Below are positions 6,360 to 16,874 of a DNA stretch of 24,854 nucleotides, one piece after another (the stretch's first letter is position 1; each line of letters opens with the position of its first letter). The position numbers were made by a program, and so were the translations under genes. Location of the stretch: positions 1 to 24,854 of the forward strand of contig JAFOGM010000279.1 in NCBI GenBank assembly GCA_017386805.1. The letters run 5' to 3'. The stretch is from Bacillota bacterium (lineage in GTDB: Bacteria; Bacillota; Clostridia; Peptostreptococcales; Anaerovoracaceae). The notes beneath the pieces are model-generated. The model worked only from the letters and a program-made list of their open reading frames with translations, did not search any database and was not told where the DNA came from.

Positions 6360-8543
6360 ATGAAGCAAGATTTTATGAACTACCTGGTCAATATCAATCC
6401 GAATTACGATATGGATCTGATTGAAAAGGCCTACAATATTGCTGAAGAATATCACGAAGGACAGCTTCGCAAATCCGGTGAGCCGTACCTGATCCATCCT
6501 GTGGCTGTAGCTAAGATCCTGGCGGATCTGGGAATGGACGAAGATACGATTGTGGCGGGTCTTCTTCACGACGTTGTGGAAGATACCCCTTACACCAATG
6601 AAGACCTGCGCCGCGATTTCGGTGCGGATGTGGAACTTCTCGTAGATGGTGTTACAAAGCTGAAATCTTTAAAGTACGAAAGTAAAGAAGAAAGTCAGGC
6701 AGAAAACCTGCGCAAGATGTTCCTGGCCATGTCCAAGGACATTCGTGTACTGATCATTAAGTTAGCTGACCGACTTCACAATCTGCGTACCATCAACTAT
6801 ATGACGGAAGCCAAGATCCGTGAAAAGTGTACAGAAACTCTGGAAGTTTATGCACCTTTGGCCAGCCGTCTGGGGATCTATGCCATCAAGTTTGAATACG
6901 AAGACATCGCTCTGAAGATGCTGGATCCGGAAGCCTATTACAACATCGCCAACGAGATGAACTGTAAGAAGGAAGAACGCGAAGATGCCATCAAGCAGGT
7001 GATCAAGCGGATCGACGATGCGTTGAAACCCACCATTCAGGGCTATGAAATCAAAGGACGTTCCAAGCATTTCTACAGCATCTACCGTAAAATGAAATAC
7101 CAGAACAAGCAGCTGGATGAAATCTTCGACCTGACTGCTGTTCGTGTTATTGTCGGCTCCGTAAAAGACTGTTACGCAGTATTAGGTATGGTCCACACCA
7201 TGTGGAAGCCTGTACCGAAGCGTTTCAAGGACTACATTGCGATGCCGAAAAACAACCGTTATCAGTCCTTGCACACCACTGTGTTCGGGGATGATGGTAC
7301 TCCTTTTGAAATCCAGATCCGTACCTGGGAAATGCATCAGATCGCTGAATACGGGATCGCGGCTCACTGGAAGTACAAAGAAGGAAAGGCCAACAAAAAG
7401 GCAGATGAAGAAGTTAAGCTGTCCTGGCTGAGACAGACTCTGGAATGGCAGAAAGAATTGAACGATTCCAAGGAATTCCTGAATACTCTGAAGATGGACC
7501 TGTTCTCCAATCAGGTATATGTTCTGACTCCCAAAGGAGATGCCATTGAACTTCCTGCAGGATCCACTCCGCTGGACTTCGCCTTTAAGATCCACTCTGC
7601 TGTTGGTGCGAAGTGCATCGGCGCAAAGGTAAATGGAAAGATGGTTCCCATTGATTACGAACTGCAGAATGGTCAGATCGTAGATATCGTTACTTCTAAC
7701 AGCTCCAAGGGTCCGTCCATTGACTGGTTGAAGATCGTAAAGACCAAAACTGCAAAAACCAAGATCCGTCAGTGGCTGAAGAAAGAAAACCATTCTGAAA
7801 ACACGGAAAAAGGTAAGGAAATGCTGGAAAAACTGGTTCGTCGTAAGGGTTACGATCAGCAGCAGATCCTGAAACATGCCTATGTTGTCAAGGCTGCAAA
7901 GACCTTGAATTATGGCAGTGAAGAAGAATTATATACCGCTCTCAGTTATGGCGGTGTATTAGCCAATAAGGTTCTGGTCATGCTGGTGGATTATTACCAT
8001 CAGGAAAAACAGGCTGAACTGAAGCGCAAAGAAAAAGAAGCAGAAGCTCTGGAAAAGAAAAAGAAGAAGGTGGATCACCACAAAAATAATTCTGCCGGGA
8101 TCAAGGTGGAAGGTGTGGACAATCTGCTGGTTCGTTTCTCCAAGTGCTGCAATCCCGTTCCCGGGGACGAAATCGTTGGCTTCATTACCAAAGGCCGAGG
8201 CTTATCCATCCATCGTAAGGATTGTATCAATGTCATCAGCTTACCGGAAGAAGAAAAGGCTAGATTCATCGCCGTTGAATGGGATCTGGACAAGAGCAAC
8301 TTATCCTACGATGCAGATATTCATATTCTGGCAGAAGACCGTAAAGGTCTGCTCAGCGATATTTCCCGCCTTTGTGAAAACATGGATATCAATATCACCG
8401 GAATCCATTCTCAGGGTGCAAAAGAAGGAATCGTTAACATTCTGCTGACGGTTTCCATCAACAGTACCAGTCATATGGAAAAGATGCTGGTTAGCATGAG
8501 AGCGATTCCTGGAATCGCCGATGTTTACAGAGCAATTTCTTAA
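6360..8543 (+). CDS. relA: Bifunctional (p)ppGpp synthetase/hydrolase Rel (long RSH)
   Basis: Hydrolase [16 protein letters not shown] and LLHDVVEDT; synthetase GRSKH, RFKDY, YQSLHT, EIQIRT; TGS domain, CC motif ([10 protein letters not shown]) and C-terminal ACT. Confidence 0.97.
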   Translation: MKQDFMNYLVNINPNYDMDLIEKAYNIAEEYHEGQLRKSGEPYLIHPVAVAKILADLGMDEDTIVAGLLHDVVEDTPYTNEDLRRDFGADVELLVDGVTKLKSLKYESKEESQAENLRKMFLAMSKDIRVLIIKLADRLHNLRTINYMTEAKIREKCTETLEVYAPLASRLGIYAIKFEYEDIALKMLDPEAYYNIANEMNCKKEEREDAIKQVIKRIDDALKPTIQGYEIKGRSKHFYSIYRKMKYQNKQLDEIFDLTAVRVIVGSVKDCYAVLGMVHTMWKPVPKRFKDYIAMPKNNRYQSLHTTVFGDDGTPFEIQIRTWEMHQIAEYGIAAHWKYKEGKANKKADEEVKLSWLRQTLEWQKELNDSKEFLNTLKMDLFSNQVYVLTPKGDAIELPAGSTPLDFAFKIHSAVGAKCIGAKVNGKMVPIDYELQNGQIVDIVTSNSSKGPSIDWLKIVKTKTAKTKIRQWLKKENHSENTEKGKEMLEKLVRRKGYDQQQILKHAYVVKAAKTLNYGSEEELYTALSYGGVLANKVLVMLVDYYHQEKQAELKRKEKEAEALEKKKKKVDHHKNNSAGIKVEGVDNLLVRFSKCCNPVPGDEIVGFITKGRGLSIHRKDCINVISLPEEEKARFIAVEWDLDKSNLSYDADIHILAEDRKGLLSDISRLCENMDINITGIHSQGAKEGIVNILLTVSINSTSHMEKMLVSMRAIPGIADVYRAIS

Positions 8544-8553
8544 AGGAGTTAAT

Positions 8554-9003
8554 ATGAGAGCTGTAGTACAGCGCGTTCTTCATGCGGATGTTACCGTTTC
8601 CGGAGAAACCACAGGTACCATCGAAAAAGGACTGATGGTTCTCCTGGGAGTTGGAGAAGGCGATACCGAAAAAGATGCTGAATATATGGCAGAAAAAGTC
8701 TGCGGTCTTCGCATTTTTGAAGATGCAGATGATAAAATGAACCTCTCTGTTCAGGATGTGGGAGGAGATATCCTGGCGGTATCTCAGTTCACACTGTATG
8801 GGGATGTTCGAAAGGGTAAGAGACCCAGTTTCAGTACCGCTGCCAGACCGGAAGAAGCCAATCGCTTGTATCGCTACTTCATTGAATGTTGTCAGAAGCG
8901 CGGTATCAAAGTAGAAGAGGGGATCTTCCAGGCAGAAATGCTGGTTAAAATCCATAACGATGGTCCTGTGACTATTCTTCTGGATAGCCAGAAAACGTTC
9001 TAA
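8554..9003 (+). CDS. dtd: D-aminoacyl-tRNA deacylase
   Basis: [28 protein letters not shown]. Start moved to ATG 8554 after SD AAGGAG; conserved position after rel. Confidence 0.96.
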   Translation: MRAVVQRVLHADVTVSGETTGTIEKGLMVLLGVGEGDTEKDAEYMAEKVCGLRIFEDADDKMNLSVQDVGGDILAVSQFTLYGDVRKGKRPSFSTAARPEEANRLYRYFIECCQKRGIKVEEGIFQAEMLVKIHNDGPVTILLDSQKTF

Positions 9004-9017
9004 AGGAGTGATATCCT

Positions 9018-9641
9018 ATGAAAATCGAACAGTATTTGAGTGGACCGCTGCAGGTGAACTGCTATCTGGTCTATGACGAAATGAAAAAAGCGTTCATCGT
9101 GGATCCCGGTGGTTTCAATCAGGCTCTGGTGGATTCTGTGAAAGAAAAGGATCTGACAGTGGAATACATCATTCTGACTCACGGTCACGGCGATCACATC
9201 GGTGGGGTTCCGAAGCTTCAGAAACTGTATCCCGGTGTCAAAGTCCTGGCTTGCGAAAAGGAAAAAGATTTCCTGGGTGATGTTCGTCAGAACTTTACTA
9301 TGGAAACCCTGGGTGCAGCCATTGCCATCACTCCGGATGTCTGCGTCAATGACGGAGATACCCTGACCGTAGGGAATATGGAATTGAAATTCCTTGGAAC
9401 TCCCGGTCACACCAAGGGTGGGATGTGCATCTATAATGCTGAAAATCACGTTTTGTTCAGCGGAGATACGCTGTTCAGAACATCCATCGGTCGTACGGAT
9501 TTCCCGGGAGGCAGCTTCCAGGAAATCGAAGAATCGATCCACACGAAGTTGTTTGTCCTTCCGGAAGAGACCATCGTTCTTCCCGGTCATATGGGACAAA
9601 CCACCATTAAATTTGAAAAGGAAATGAATCCCTTTGTATAA
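9018..9641 (+). CDS. MBL-fold metallo-hydrolase (glyoxalase II-like)
   Basis: THGHGDHIGG, TPGHT, FSGDTLF, PGH; conserved rel-dtd-MBL-hemZ order. Confidence 0.92.
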   Translation: MKIEQYLSGPLQVNCYLVYDEMKKAFIVDPGGFNQALVDSVKEKDLTVEYIILTHGHGDHIGGVPKLQKLYPGVKVLACEKEKDFLGDVRQNFTMETLGAAIAITPDVCVNDGDTLTVGNMELKFLGTPGHTKGGMCIYNAENHVLFSGDTLFRTSIGRTDFPGGSFQEIEESIHTKLFVLPEETIVLPGHMGQTTIKFEKEMNPFV

Positions 9642-10983
9642 CATTTATCTTGAAGAAAACAAAGCTAAATATGATTTAAACGAGCTGGTTAAAATGTTTC
9701 TGAAACCCTCTGAATTCCAGTTGGTGGAAGAAGACCAGAAAGAAACAGCTCTGATTCGTATGGAAGGGTTCGAAGATAAGAACGAAGCGAAGCGTTATCT
9801 CTTCGATCGATTATCTCAGCTGACAGGACAGTACCCGGATTGGGGGACTCTGACCGGAGTTCGTCCTGCGAAATTGTGCAACGAATACTTCCGTAAAGGA
9901 CATGATACAGAACAGGTAAAAAAGATCCTGAAAGATACTTATTATCTCAGCGACGAAAAGATCAAGCTTCTGATCGATCTGGCACAGCTGCAGCAGAGGA
10001 TCCTTAAGGATTGTGATCCCAACGCAGTAGGTATCTATGCAGGGATCCCGTTCTGTCCCACACGCTGTGTCTATTGTTCCTTTACTTCCAATCAGGTAAA
10101 ATACGAAAAAATTCCGCCGTATCTGACTGCGCTTCATAAGGAGATCGACTTTGTTGGTCAGCATTTGAAGGACATCGGTCGTCATGCGGAATCCATTTAT
10201 ATCGGCGGAGGAACACCTACTACGTTGAATGCAGATGACCTTGGTCAGCTGATTGCCAAAATGAAGAGCGCCTTCGACATGAGCGGTGTTCGCGAATTTA
10301 CCGTAGAAGCCGGTCGTCCGGATACCATCACCGAGGATAAACTGCGGGTGATCAAGGACAGTGGTGTTGGTCGAATCAGTATCAATCCTCAGTCCATGAA
10401 ACAACGGACACTGGAATTGATCGGAAGATCCCATACCCCCGGTGAAATCGTGGATGCTTTTAAGAAGGCAAAAGAAGTTGAGATTCCCATCATCAATGCG
10501 GACCTGATCACTGGTCTTCCGGAAGAACAGCCGGAAGATTTCAGAGAGACTCTGGAACGCATCATCGAGTTGGATCCTGAAAACATCACCGTTCACACAC
10601 TGGCTGTGAAGCGTGCTTCCAGGCTGATCGAACAGGATGCGGATTACAATTACCGTCAGGGGGAAGTGGTCAGAGAAATGCTGGCCATTGCCAAGGAAAA
10701 ACTGACCGCCTGTGGCTATGAACCGTACTATATGTATCGTCAGAAGCACATGTCCGGTAACTTCGAAAACATTGGTTGGTCCAAGCCGGGTACGGAAAGC
10801 ATCTATAACATCCGTATCATGGAAGAAGACCAGACCATCGTGGCTATGGGTGCCGGTGGGATCAGTAAAATGTACTACCCCGAAACGAATCGTCTGGAAC
10901 GTGTTCCCAACGTTTCCAACTATGAAATTTACATCGATCGCATCGATGAAATGATAGAACGTAAAAAAATTGGTATTAAATAA
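9634..10983 (+). CDS. hemZ: Radical SAM protein of the HemZ (coproporphyrinogen dehydrogenase-like) family
   Basis: IPFCPTRCVYC (CxxxCxxC), YIGGGTPT, TVEAGRPD, RISINPQ, N-terminal WGTLTGVRP. TTG start overlaps the upstream stop. True substrate is uncertain. Confidence 0.85.
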   Translation: MYNIYLEENKAKYDLNELVKMFLKPSEFQLVEEDQKETALIRMEGFEDKNEAKRYLFDRLSQLTGQYPDWGTLTGVRPAKLCNEYFRKGHDTEQVKKILKDTYYLSDEKIKLLIDLAQLQQRILKDCDPNAVGIYAGIPFCPTRCVYCSFTSNQVKYEKIPPYLTALHKEIDFVGQHLKDIGRHAESIYIGGGTPTTLNADDLGQLIAKMKSAFDMSGVREFTVEAGRPDTITEDKLRVIKDSGVGRISINPQSMKQRTLELIGRSHTPGEIVDAFKKAKEVEIPIINADLITGLPEEQPEDFRETLERIIELDPENITVHTLAVKRASRLIEQDADYNYRQGEVVREMLAIAKEKLTACGYEPYYMYRQKHMSGNFENIGWSKPGTESIYNIRIMEEDQTIVAMGAGGISKMYYPETNRLERVPNVSNYEIYIDRIDEMIERKKIGIK

Positions 10984-11000
10984 ACAGGAGGCATACTATT

Positions 11001-12766
11001 ATGGCTAATTTATTCAAGAGAACCCATATGTGCGGTGTTCTCAACAAGGAAAACATCGGCCAGACCGTTGTACTGAACGGTTGGGTCCAGAAGAGAAGAA
11101 ATCTGGGCGGTCTGATTTTCTGCGACTTAAGAGATAAGTCCGGTATCGTTCAGATCGTCTTCAATGACCAGATCCCTCAGGAACTGTTCGATAAGGCTGA
11201 CAAGCTGAGAAGTGAATACGTTGTGGGTGTTATGGGTGAAGTTAAGGAAAGAGAATCCAAGAACATGGAAATGGCTACCGGTGAAATCGAAGTATATGCT
11301 TCCGATCTGGTAATCTACTCCGAAGCGGATACTCCTCCCATCTACGTTAAGGATGATGACCACGTATCCGAAGACCTGCGTCTGAAGTACCGTTATCTGG
11401 ATCTGAGAAAGCCGAAGATGCAGAGAAATCTGACCTTCCGTCACAAGATCACCAAGCTGACCAGAGACTTCTTCGACAGCGAAGGTTTCACCGAAGTGGA
11501 AACCCCCATGCTGATCAAGCCCACTCCGGAAGGTGCAAGAGACTACCTGTTCCCAGCCGTGTGAACCCCGGTAAGTTCTACGCTCTGCCTCAGTCTCCCC
11601 AGATGTTCAAGCAGATCCTGATGGCAAGCGGTACCGACCGTTACTTCCAGATCGCAAAGTGCTTCCGTGACGAAGACCTGAGAGCTGACCGTCAGCCGGA
11701 ATTCACCCAGATCGACCTGGAAATGTCCTTCGTTGAACAGGATGACGTTATCGATGTTCAGGAACGATTCCTGCAGAGAGTCTTCAAGGATCTGATGAAC
11801 GTGGATGTACAGGTTCCCTTCCCCAGAATGACCTTCGATGAAGCTATGACCAGATACGGTTCCGACAAGCCCGATACTCGTTTTGGCTTCGAACTGAAGT
11901 CCCTGAACGAAGTGGTTAAGAACTGCGACTTCAAGGTATTCACCGATGCTCTGGAAGCTGGCGGCGACGTTCGTGGTATCTGCATCAACGGTTACAGCGA
12001 CAAGTTTAGCCGTAAGGATGTGGACAAGATGACCGATTCCATCAAGACCTTCGGTGCGAAGGGCCTGATCTGGATCCGTGTCAATGAAAATGAAATCACA
12101 TCTTCTGTAAATAAGTTCTTCACTCAGGAGCAGCTGAGAGAAATTGCAGATGTCTTCGAAGCTAAGGCAAACGACCTGATCCTGATCGTTGCTGCAAAGC
12201 CTTCCGTCGTATTTGCATCCTTAGGCTTCCTGCGTCGTGACCTGGCTGGTAAGCTGGGCCTGCTGGATGATACCCAGTACAACCTGCTGTGGGTTGTAGA
12301 CTTCCCGCTGTATGAATATGACGAAGAAGAAGGACGTTACTTCGCAATGCACCATCCGTTCACTTCTCCTAAGGCAGAAGACATTCCGCTGCTGGATACC
12401 GATCCCGGTAAGGTGAAGGCTAACGCATACGACATCATTCTGAATGGTGTGGAACTGGGCGGCGGTTCTATCCGAATCCACGACCAGAATCTGCAGAAGA
12501 AGATGTTCGAAGTTCTGGGTCTCTCCGAAGAAGAAACTCAGTCCAAGTTCGGCTTCCTGTTAGAAGCCTTCAAGTATGGCGTTCCGCCTCACGGTGGTCT
12601 GGCATACGGCCTGGACAGACTGGTAATGCTGCTGTGCGGTGCGGACTCCATCCGTGAAGTTATGGCCTTCCCGAAGAACCAGAACGCTCAGTGCATGATG
12701 TCCGAAGCTCCTGCAGAAGTTACTGAAAAGGAACTGGAAGAACTGTCCATCAAGAGCACTTTATAA
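11001..12766 (+). CDS. aspS: Aspartate--tRNA ligase, interrupted by a 1-bp deletion at 11549/11550 (appears as two ORFs, 11001-11564 and 11561-12766)
   Basis: RTHMCG and LRLKYRYLDLR; motif 1 EVETPML; motif 2 FRDEDLRADRQPEFTQID; HHPFT; motif 3 PPHGGLAYGLDRL. Inserting one G in CTG^TTCCCAGC restores [24 protein letters not shown] and a 588-aa protein. Confidence 0.93.
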
Positions 12767-12789
12767 TTTGAGGTAATCAATCAATCGCC

Positions 12790-13977
12790 ATGAGACGAAT
12801 CGGAATTTTCGGCGGCAGCTTTGATCCCATCCATAACGGTCACCTGCACCTGGCAGAAGAAGCCCGGTGCATGGCCAAGCTGGATCAGGTGCTGTTCATC
12901 CCCACGTGGATCTCGCCGTTCAAACAGGACAGCGATCCGGCCAGCTGCCAGCAGAGACTGGATATGGTACGGATCGCAACCTCATCCAATCCCAGTTTTG
13001 CAGTATCTGATATGGAAATCCGCAGAGAAGCGGTTTCTTACACAGCAGATACACTGAAGCGCTGTCGGGAGATGATGGGAGAAGATACCCGCCTGTATTT
13101 CATTACAGGGACGGATACCTTCCTGACAATTGAAAAGTGGTATCATGCGGAAGAAATTCTCACTCAGTACAGTTTTATTATCGGATCTAGACCCGGCTAT
13201 CGGGAAGAAGACTTGATCGACGTGATCGAAAGGGTACGTGAACGATATGGAACCGATGTACTGAAGATCGAGATCCCTCGTTTGGAGATTTCCTCCAGTG
13301 ATATCCGAGATTCCATACGGATTGGGAAATCGGTCAGATATCTGCTTCCGGATCCGCTGCTTCATTACATAGAGCGTCATCGATTGTATCTGGATCCTGC
13401 GGCAGTCGCTTCGCTTCCCGGCGAAGAGGAGCTTCCTTACGACCAGATCGATCACGATATCGATGAAGTGATCCGCGGACGATTAAAAGCCACAAGATTG
13501 GCTCATACTTACGGTGTTGTGGAAACTGCCGTTGGTATGGCAGAGAAATTTGGCGCTGATCCCAGAAAAGCCCGCACCTGTGCACTGTTCCATGATGCCT
13601 TCCGCGAAGTGGGGAATTTGGCCCACGGAGCGGTTGCCGCAGACTATATGGAAGCGGAATTCAGCATCACCGATGAAGACATGCTGAACGCTGTTCGCTT
13701 CCATACCACAGGGAGAAAGGGAATGACGGTGTTGGAAAAGATTCTGTTTTTAGCAGATGCCATCGAACCGAACCGCAATTATCCCGGTGTGGATGATCTC
13801 AGAGCCATGGCGGAATATGATTTGGATAAGGCTTGTCTCATGTCTCTGACACGTACCATCGAGTATGTGAAGAGCCAGGGACAGGAACTGGATCCCCGGA
13901 CGCAGGAAGCGGCTGAGGATCTGAGATATACTATGTACAGCGGAAATCCCGCTGAGGAAAGGAGATTCCATGAATAA
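12790..13977 (+). CDS. nadD: Nicotinate-nucleotide adenylyltransferase NadD fused to a YqeK-type HD domain (Ap4A hydrolase family)
   Basis: N-half: GIFGGSFDPIHNGH, SYTADTL, ITGTD, ISSSDIR. C-half: RLAHTYGV, FHD, AHG, AVRFHTTG, LADAIEPNR. Confidence 0.92.
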   Translation: MRRIGIFGGSFDPIHNGHLHLAEEARCMAKLDQVLFIPTWISPFKQDSDPASCQQRLDMVRIATSSNPSFAVSDMEIRREAVSYTADTLKRCREMMGEDTRLYFITGTDTFLTIEKWYHAEEILTQYSFIIGSRPGYREEDLIDVIERVRERYGTDVLKIEIPRLEISSSDIRDSIRIGKSVRYLLPDPLLHYIERHRLYLDPAAVASLPGEEELPYDQIDHDIDEVIRGRLKATRLAHTYGVVETAVGMAEKFGADPRKARTCALFHDAFREVGNLAHGAVAADYMEAEFSITDEDMLNAVRFHTTGRKGMTVLEKILFLADAIEPNRNYPGVDDLRAMAEYDLDKACLMSLTRTIEYVKSQGQELDPRTQEAAEDLRYTMYSGNPAEERRFHE

Positions 13978-14323
13978 CAGAGAAATCGCTTTATTAGCTG
14001 CTAAGGCAATGGACGATAGAAAGGGCCAGGATGTGGTAATTCTGGACGTTGCCCAGAGAGCTTCTTTCGCAGACTATCTGGTCATTGCTTCCGGTATGAC
14101 CGATCGTCTGGTAGCTGCTCTCTGCGATGAAGTGGAGGATCGTTTAGCAAAAGAAGGTATTTTTGTAAAGAATACTGAAGGTAAGGGTAACACCGGCTGG
14201 ATCCTGATGGATTTCGGCGATGTGATCGTCAATGTGTTCACTGAAGAAAAGAGAGCACATTACAATATCGAAAGACTGTGGGGCGATTGCCCGCGCGTTG
14301 AATTCGAAGCAACCGAAGAATAA
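13970..14323 (+). CDS. rsfS: Ribosome silencing factor RsfS (Iojap)
   Basis: [45 protein letters not shown]; conserved nadD-yqeK-rsfS order. Confidence 0.96.
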   Translation: MNNREIALLAAKAMDDRKGQDVVILDVAQRASFADYLVIASGMTDRLVAALCDEVEDRLAKEGIFVKNTEGKGNTGWILMDFGDVIVNVFTEEKRAHYNIERLWGDCPRVEFEATEE

Positions 14324-14349
14324 CGACAACAGGAAAGAAGGAAAATCAA

Positions 14350-16824
14350 ATGCAACAGCAGTATGAATTTAAAGACATTGAAAAAAAGTGGCAGGATAAA
14401 TGGGCGGCTGAAGACGTTTTCAAAGTAACAGAAGATGAATCCAAAGAAAAGTATTATCTGTTGGAAATGTTCCCGTATCCCTCCGGTAAGCTGCACATGG
14501 GTCACGTAAGAAACTATTCCATCGGTGACGTTGCGGCTCGTTTCAAGACCATGCAGGGTTATAACGTATTACACCCCATCGGTTTTGACTCCTTCGGTCT
14601 GCCTGCAGAAAATGCTGCGATCAAGCACGGTATCCACCCCGCAAAGTGGACCGTTGAAAACATTGCTGAAATGGAAGATCAGCTGAAGGAACTGGGCTTC
14701 TCCTACGATTGGAACAGAGAAGTTGCTACCTGCCTCCCGGAATACTACAAGTGGATGCAGTGGCTGTTCATTCAGTTCTATAACAAGGGACTGGCTTACA
14801 AGAAGCAGAACCCTGTAAACTGGTGTCCTTCCTGCCAGACTGTACTGGCGAACGAACAGGTTGTAGACGGCCTCTGCGAACGCTGCAAGACTCCTGTTGG
14901 TAAGAAGGAACTGTCCCAGTGGTACCTGAAGATCACTGACTATGCAGATCGTCTGTTAGCAGACCTGGATAAGCTGGAAGGCTGGCCCTCCAAGGTTAAG
15001 ACCATGCAGAAGAACTGGATCGGTAAGTCCACCGGTGCAGAAATCACCTTCAAGGTGGAAAACATGGATCTGGAAATGACCGTATTCACCACTCGTGCAG
15101 ATACCATTTTCGGAACCACCTTCATGGTACTGGCTCCGGAACATCCCTATGCGAAGACCCTGGTTCAGGGCGGCGGAAATGAAGAAGCAGTTGCTCAGTT
15201 CATGGATAAGATCCAGCACATGAGCGACATCGACAGAGCTTCCACCACTCTGGAAAAGGAAGGTGTATTCACCGGAAGATATGCTGTAAACCAGCTGACT
15301 AACAAGAAGATCCCCATCTACCTGGCAAACTACGTTCTGATGGACTATGGTACCGGTGTGGTTATGGGTGTTCCCGCACACGACGAAAGAGACTTCGACT
15401 TCGCTAAGAAGTACGATCTGGATATCATCCCGGTAGTAGAACCTCCCGTGGATTCCAACATCGATCTGAACAATCTGGAAGCTGCATTCGTAGCCGAAGG
15501 TAAGCTGATCAACTCCGGCGAATTCAATGGTATGGATAACCTGCCTGCCATCGAAAAGATCATCGGTATGATGGAAGAAAAGCGCATCGGTAAGGCTGCA
15601 ACCAACTTCCGTCTGAGAGACTGGCTGATCTCCCGTCAGAGATACTGGGGCTGCCCGATTCCCATGGTTTATTGTGAACACTGTGGTTGGGTTCCCGAAA
15701 AGGAAGAGAACCTGCCGGTAATGCTGCCCACCGACGTTGAATTCACCGGCAAGGGCGAATCTCCGCTGACCACTTCCAAGACCTTCGCTGAAGCAACCTG
15801 CCCCATCTGCGGTGCTAAGGCAACCCGCGAAATGGATACCATGGATACCTTTATGGACAGTTCCTGGTACTTCCTGAGATACTGCGACGCAAAGAACGAC
15901 CAGGCTCCCTGGGATAAGAAGAAGGCTGGCTACTGGATGGCAGTTGACCAGTACATCGGTGGTGTAGAACATGCGATCCTGCACTTACTGTATGCAAGAT
16001 TCTTCACCAAGGTTCTGTATGACCTGGATCTGTGTTCCGTGGATGAACCCTTCACCAACCTGCTGACTCAGGGTATGGTACTGAAAGATGGTACCAAGAT
16101 GTCCAAGTCTGTTGGTAACGTAGTAAGCCCCGAAGAAATCATTTCCAAGTACGGTGCAGATACCGCCCGTCTGTTCATCATGTTCGCAGCTCCGCCTGAA
16201 AAGGAACTGGAATGGTCCGATACCGGTGTGGAAGGAAGCTACCGCTTCATCAACCGTGTATACAGACTGGTTTATGAACTGGCTGAAATGACTCAGGGTG
16301 TACCCGCGGTTTACAAGCTGGAAGGTAAGGATGACAAGCAGATGGCTTACAAGCTGAACACTGTCATCAAGAGAGTTACCGACGATATTTCCATCCGCTT
16401 CAACTTCAATACTGCAATCAGTGCCATCATGGAACTGGTAAATGAAATGTATCGTTACAAGGAGCTGGATGATGTAAATCTGGGTCTGCTGAAGGATGCA
16501 ACTGAAAAGTTAGTTCTGATGCTGGCTCCCTTCATTCCCCATGCCTGCGAAGAAATGTGGGAACACTTAGGTCACGAAGATCTGGTTTACAGAGCACAGT
16601 GGCCCACCTACGACGAAAGCGCTATGGTACAGGATACCGTGGAAATCGTCGTTCAGCTGAACGGTAAGGTAAAAGAACGTGTGGATGCTCCCACCGGTCT
16701 GGATAAGGATGCCTTTGCCGAAGCTGTTATGAAAGAAGACAAAGTTAAGGCATTGCTGGAAGGCAAGCAGATCATCAAGGTCATCGCTGTACCTGGAAAG
16801 CTGCTGAACGTCGTGGTTAAGTAA
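14350..16824 (+). CDS. leuS: Leucine--tRNA ligase
   Basis: [13 protein letters not shown] (HIGH), editing domain VFTTRADT and [30 protein letters not shown]. Confidence 0.98.
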   Translation: MQQQYEFKDIEKKWQDKWAAEDVFKVTEDESKEKYYLLEMFPYPSGKLHMGHVRNYSIGDVAARFKTMQGYNVLHPIGFDSFGLPAENAAIKHGIHPAKWTVENIAEMEDQLKELGFSYDWNREVATCLPEYYKWMQWLFIQFYNKGLAYKKQNPVNWCPSCQTVLANEQVVDGLCERCKTPVGKKELSQWYLKITDYADRLLADLDKLEGWPSKVKTMQKNWIGKSTGAEITFKVENMDLEMTVFTTRADTIFGTTFMVLAPEHPYAKTLVQGGGNEEAVAQFMDKIQHMSDIDRASTTLEKEGVFTGRYAVNQLTNKKIPIYLANYVLMDYGTGVVMGVPAHDERDFDFAKKYDLDIIPVVEPPVDSNIDLNNLEAAFVAEGKLINSGEFNGMDNLPAIEKIIGMMEEKRIGKAATNFRLRDWLISRQRYWGCPIPMVYCEHCGWVPEKEENLPVMLPTDVEFTGKGESPLTTSKTFAEATCPICGAKATREMDTMDTFMDSSWYFLRYCDAKNDQAPWDKKKAGYWMAVDQYIGGVEHAILHLLYARFFTKVLYDLDLCSVDEPFTNLLTQGMVLKDGTKMSKSVGNVVSPEEIISKYGADTARLFIMFAAPPEKELEWSDTGVEGSYRFINRVYRLVYELAEMTQGVPAVYKLEGKDDKQMAYKLNTVIKRVTDDISIRFNFNTAISAIMELVNEMYRYKELDDVNLGLLKDATEKLVLMLAPFIPHACEEMWEHLGHEDLVYRAQWPTYDESAMVQDTVEIVVQLNGKVKERVDAPTGLDKDAFAEAVMKEDKVKALLEGKQIIKVIAVPGKLLNVVVK

Positions 16825-16852
16825 ATTCTTAACCACGATCGCCTCAGGCGAT
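16811..16852. repeat. Two abutting inverted repeats across the leuS stop / rnj leader
   Basis: Perfect 11-bp TCGTGGTTAAG-TAAATT-CTTAACCACGA (16811-16838), then ATCGCC-TCA-GGCGAT (16838-16852); no T tract on either strand. Confidence 0.75.
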
Positions 16853-16874
16853 TGCCGGGAAAGGACGTATAAAT

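Noticed and set aside
14956-15984. 342-aa antisense ORF inside leuS (likewise 9811-10749 in hemZ, 7182-7877 in rel, 23002-23937 over the U32 gene, and many shorter ones)
   Set aside because: Shadow frames of strongly codon-biased conserved genes; no recognisable motifs or SD.
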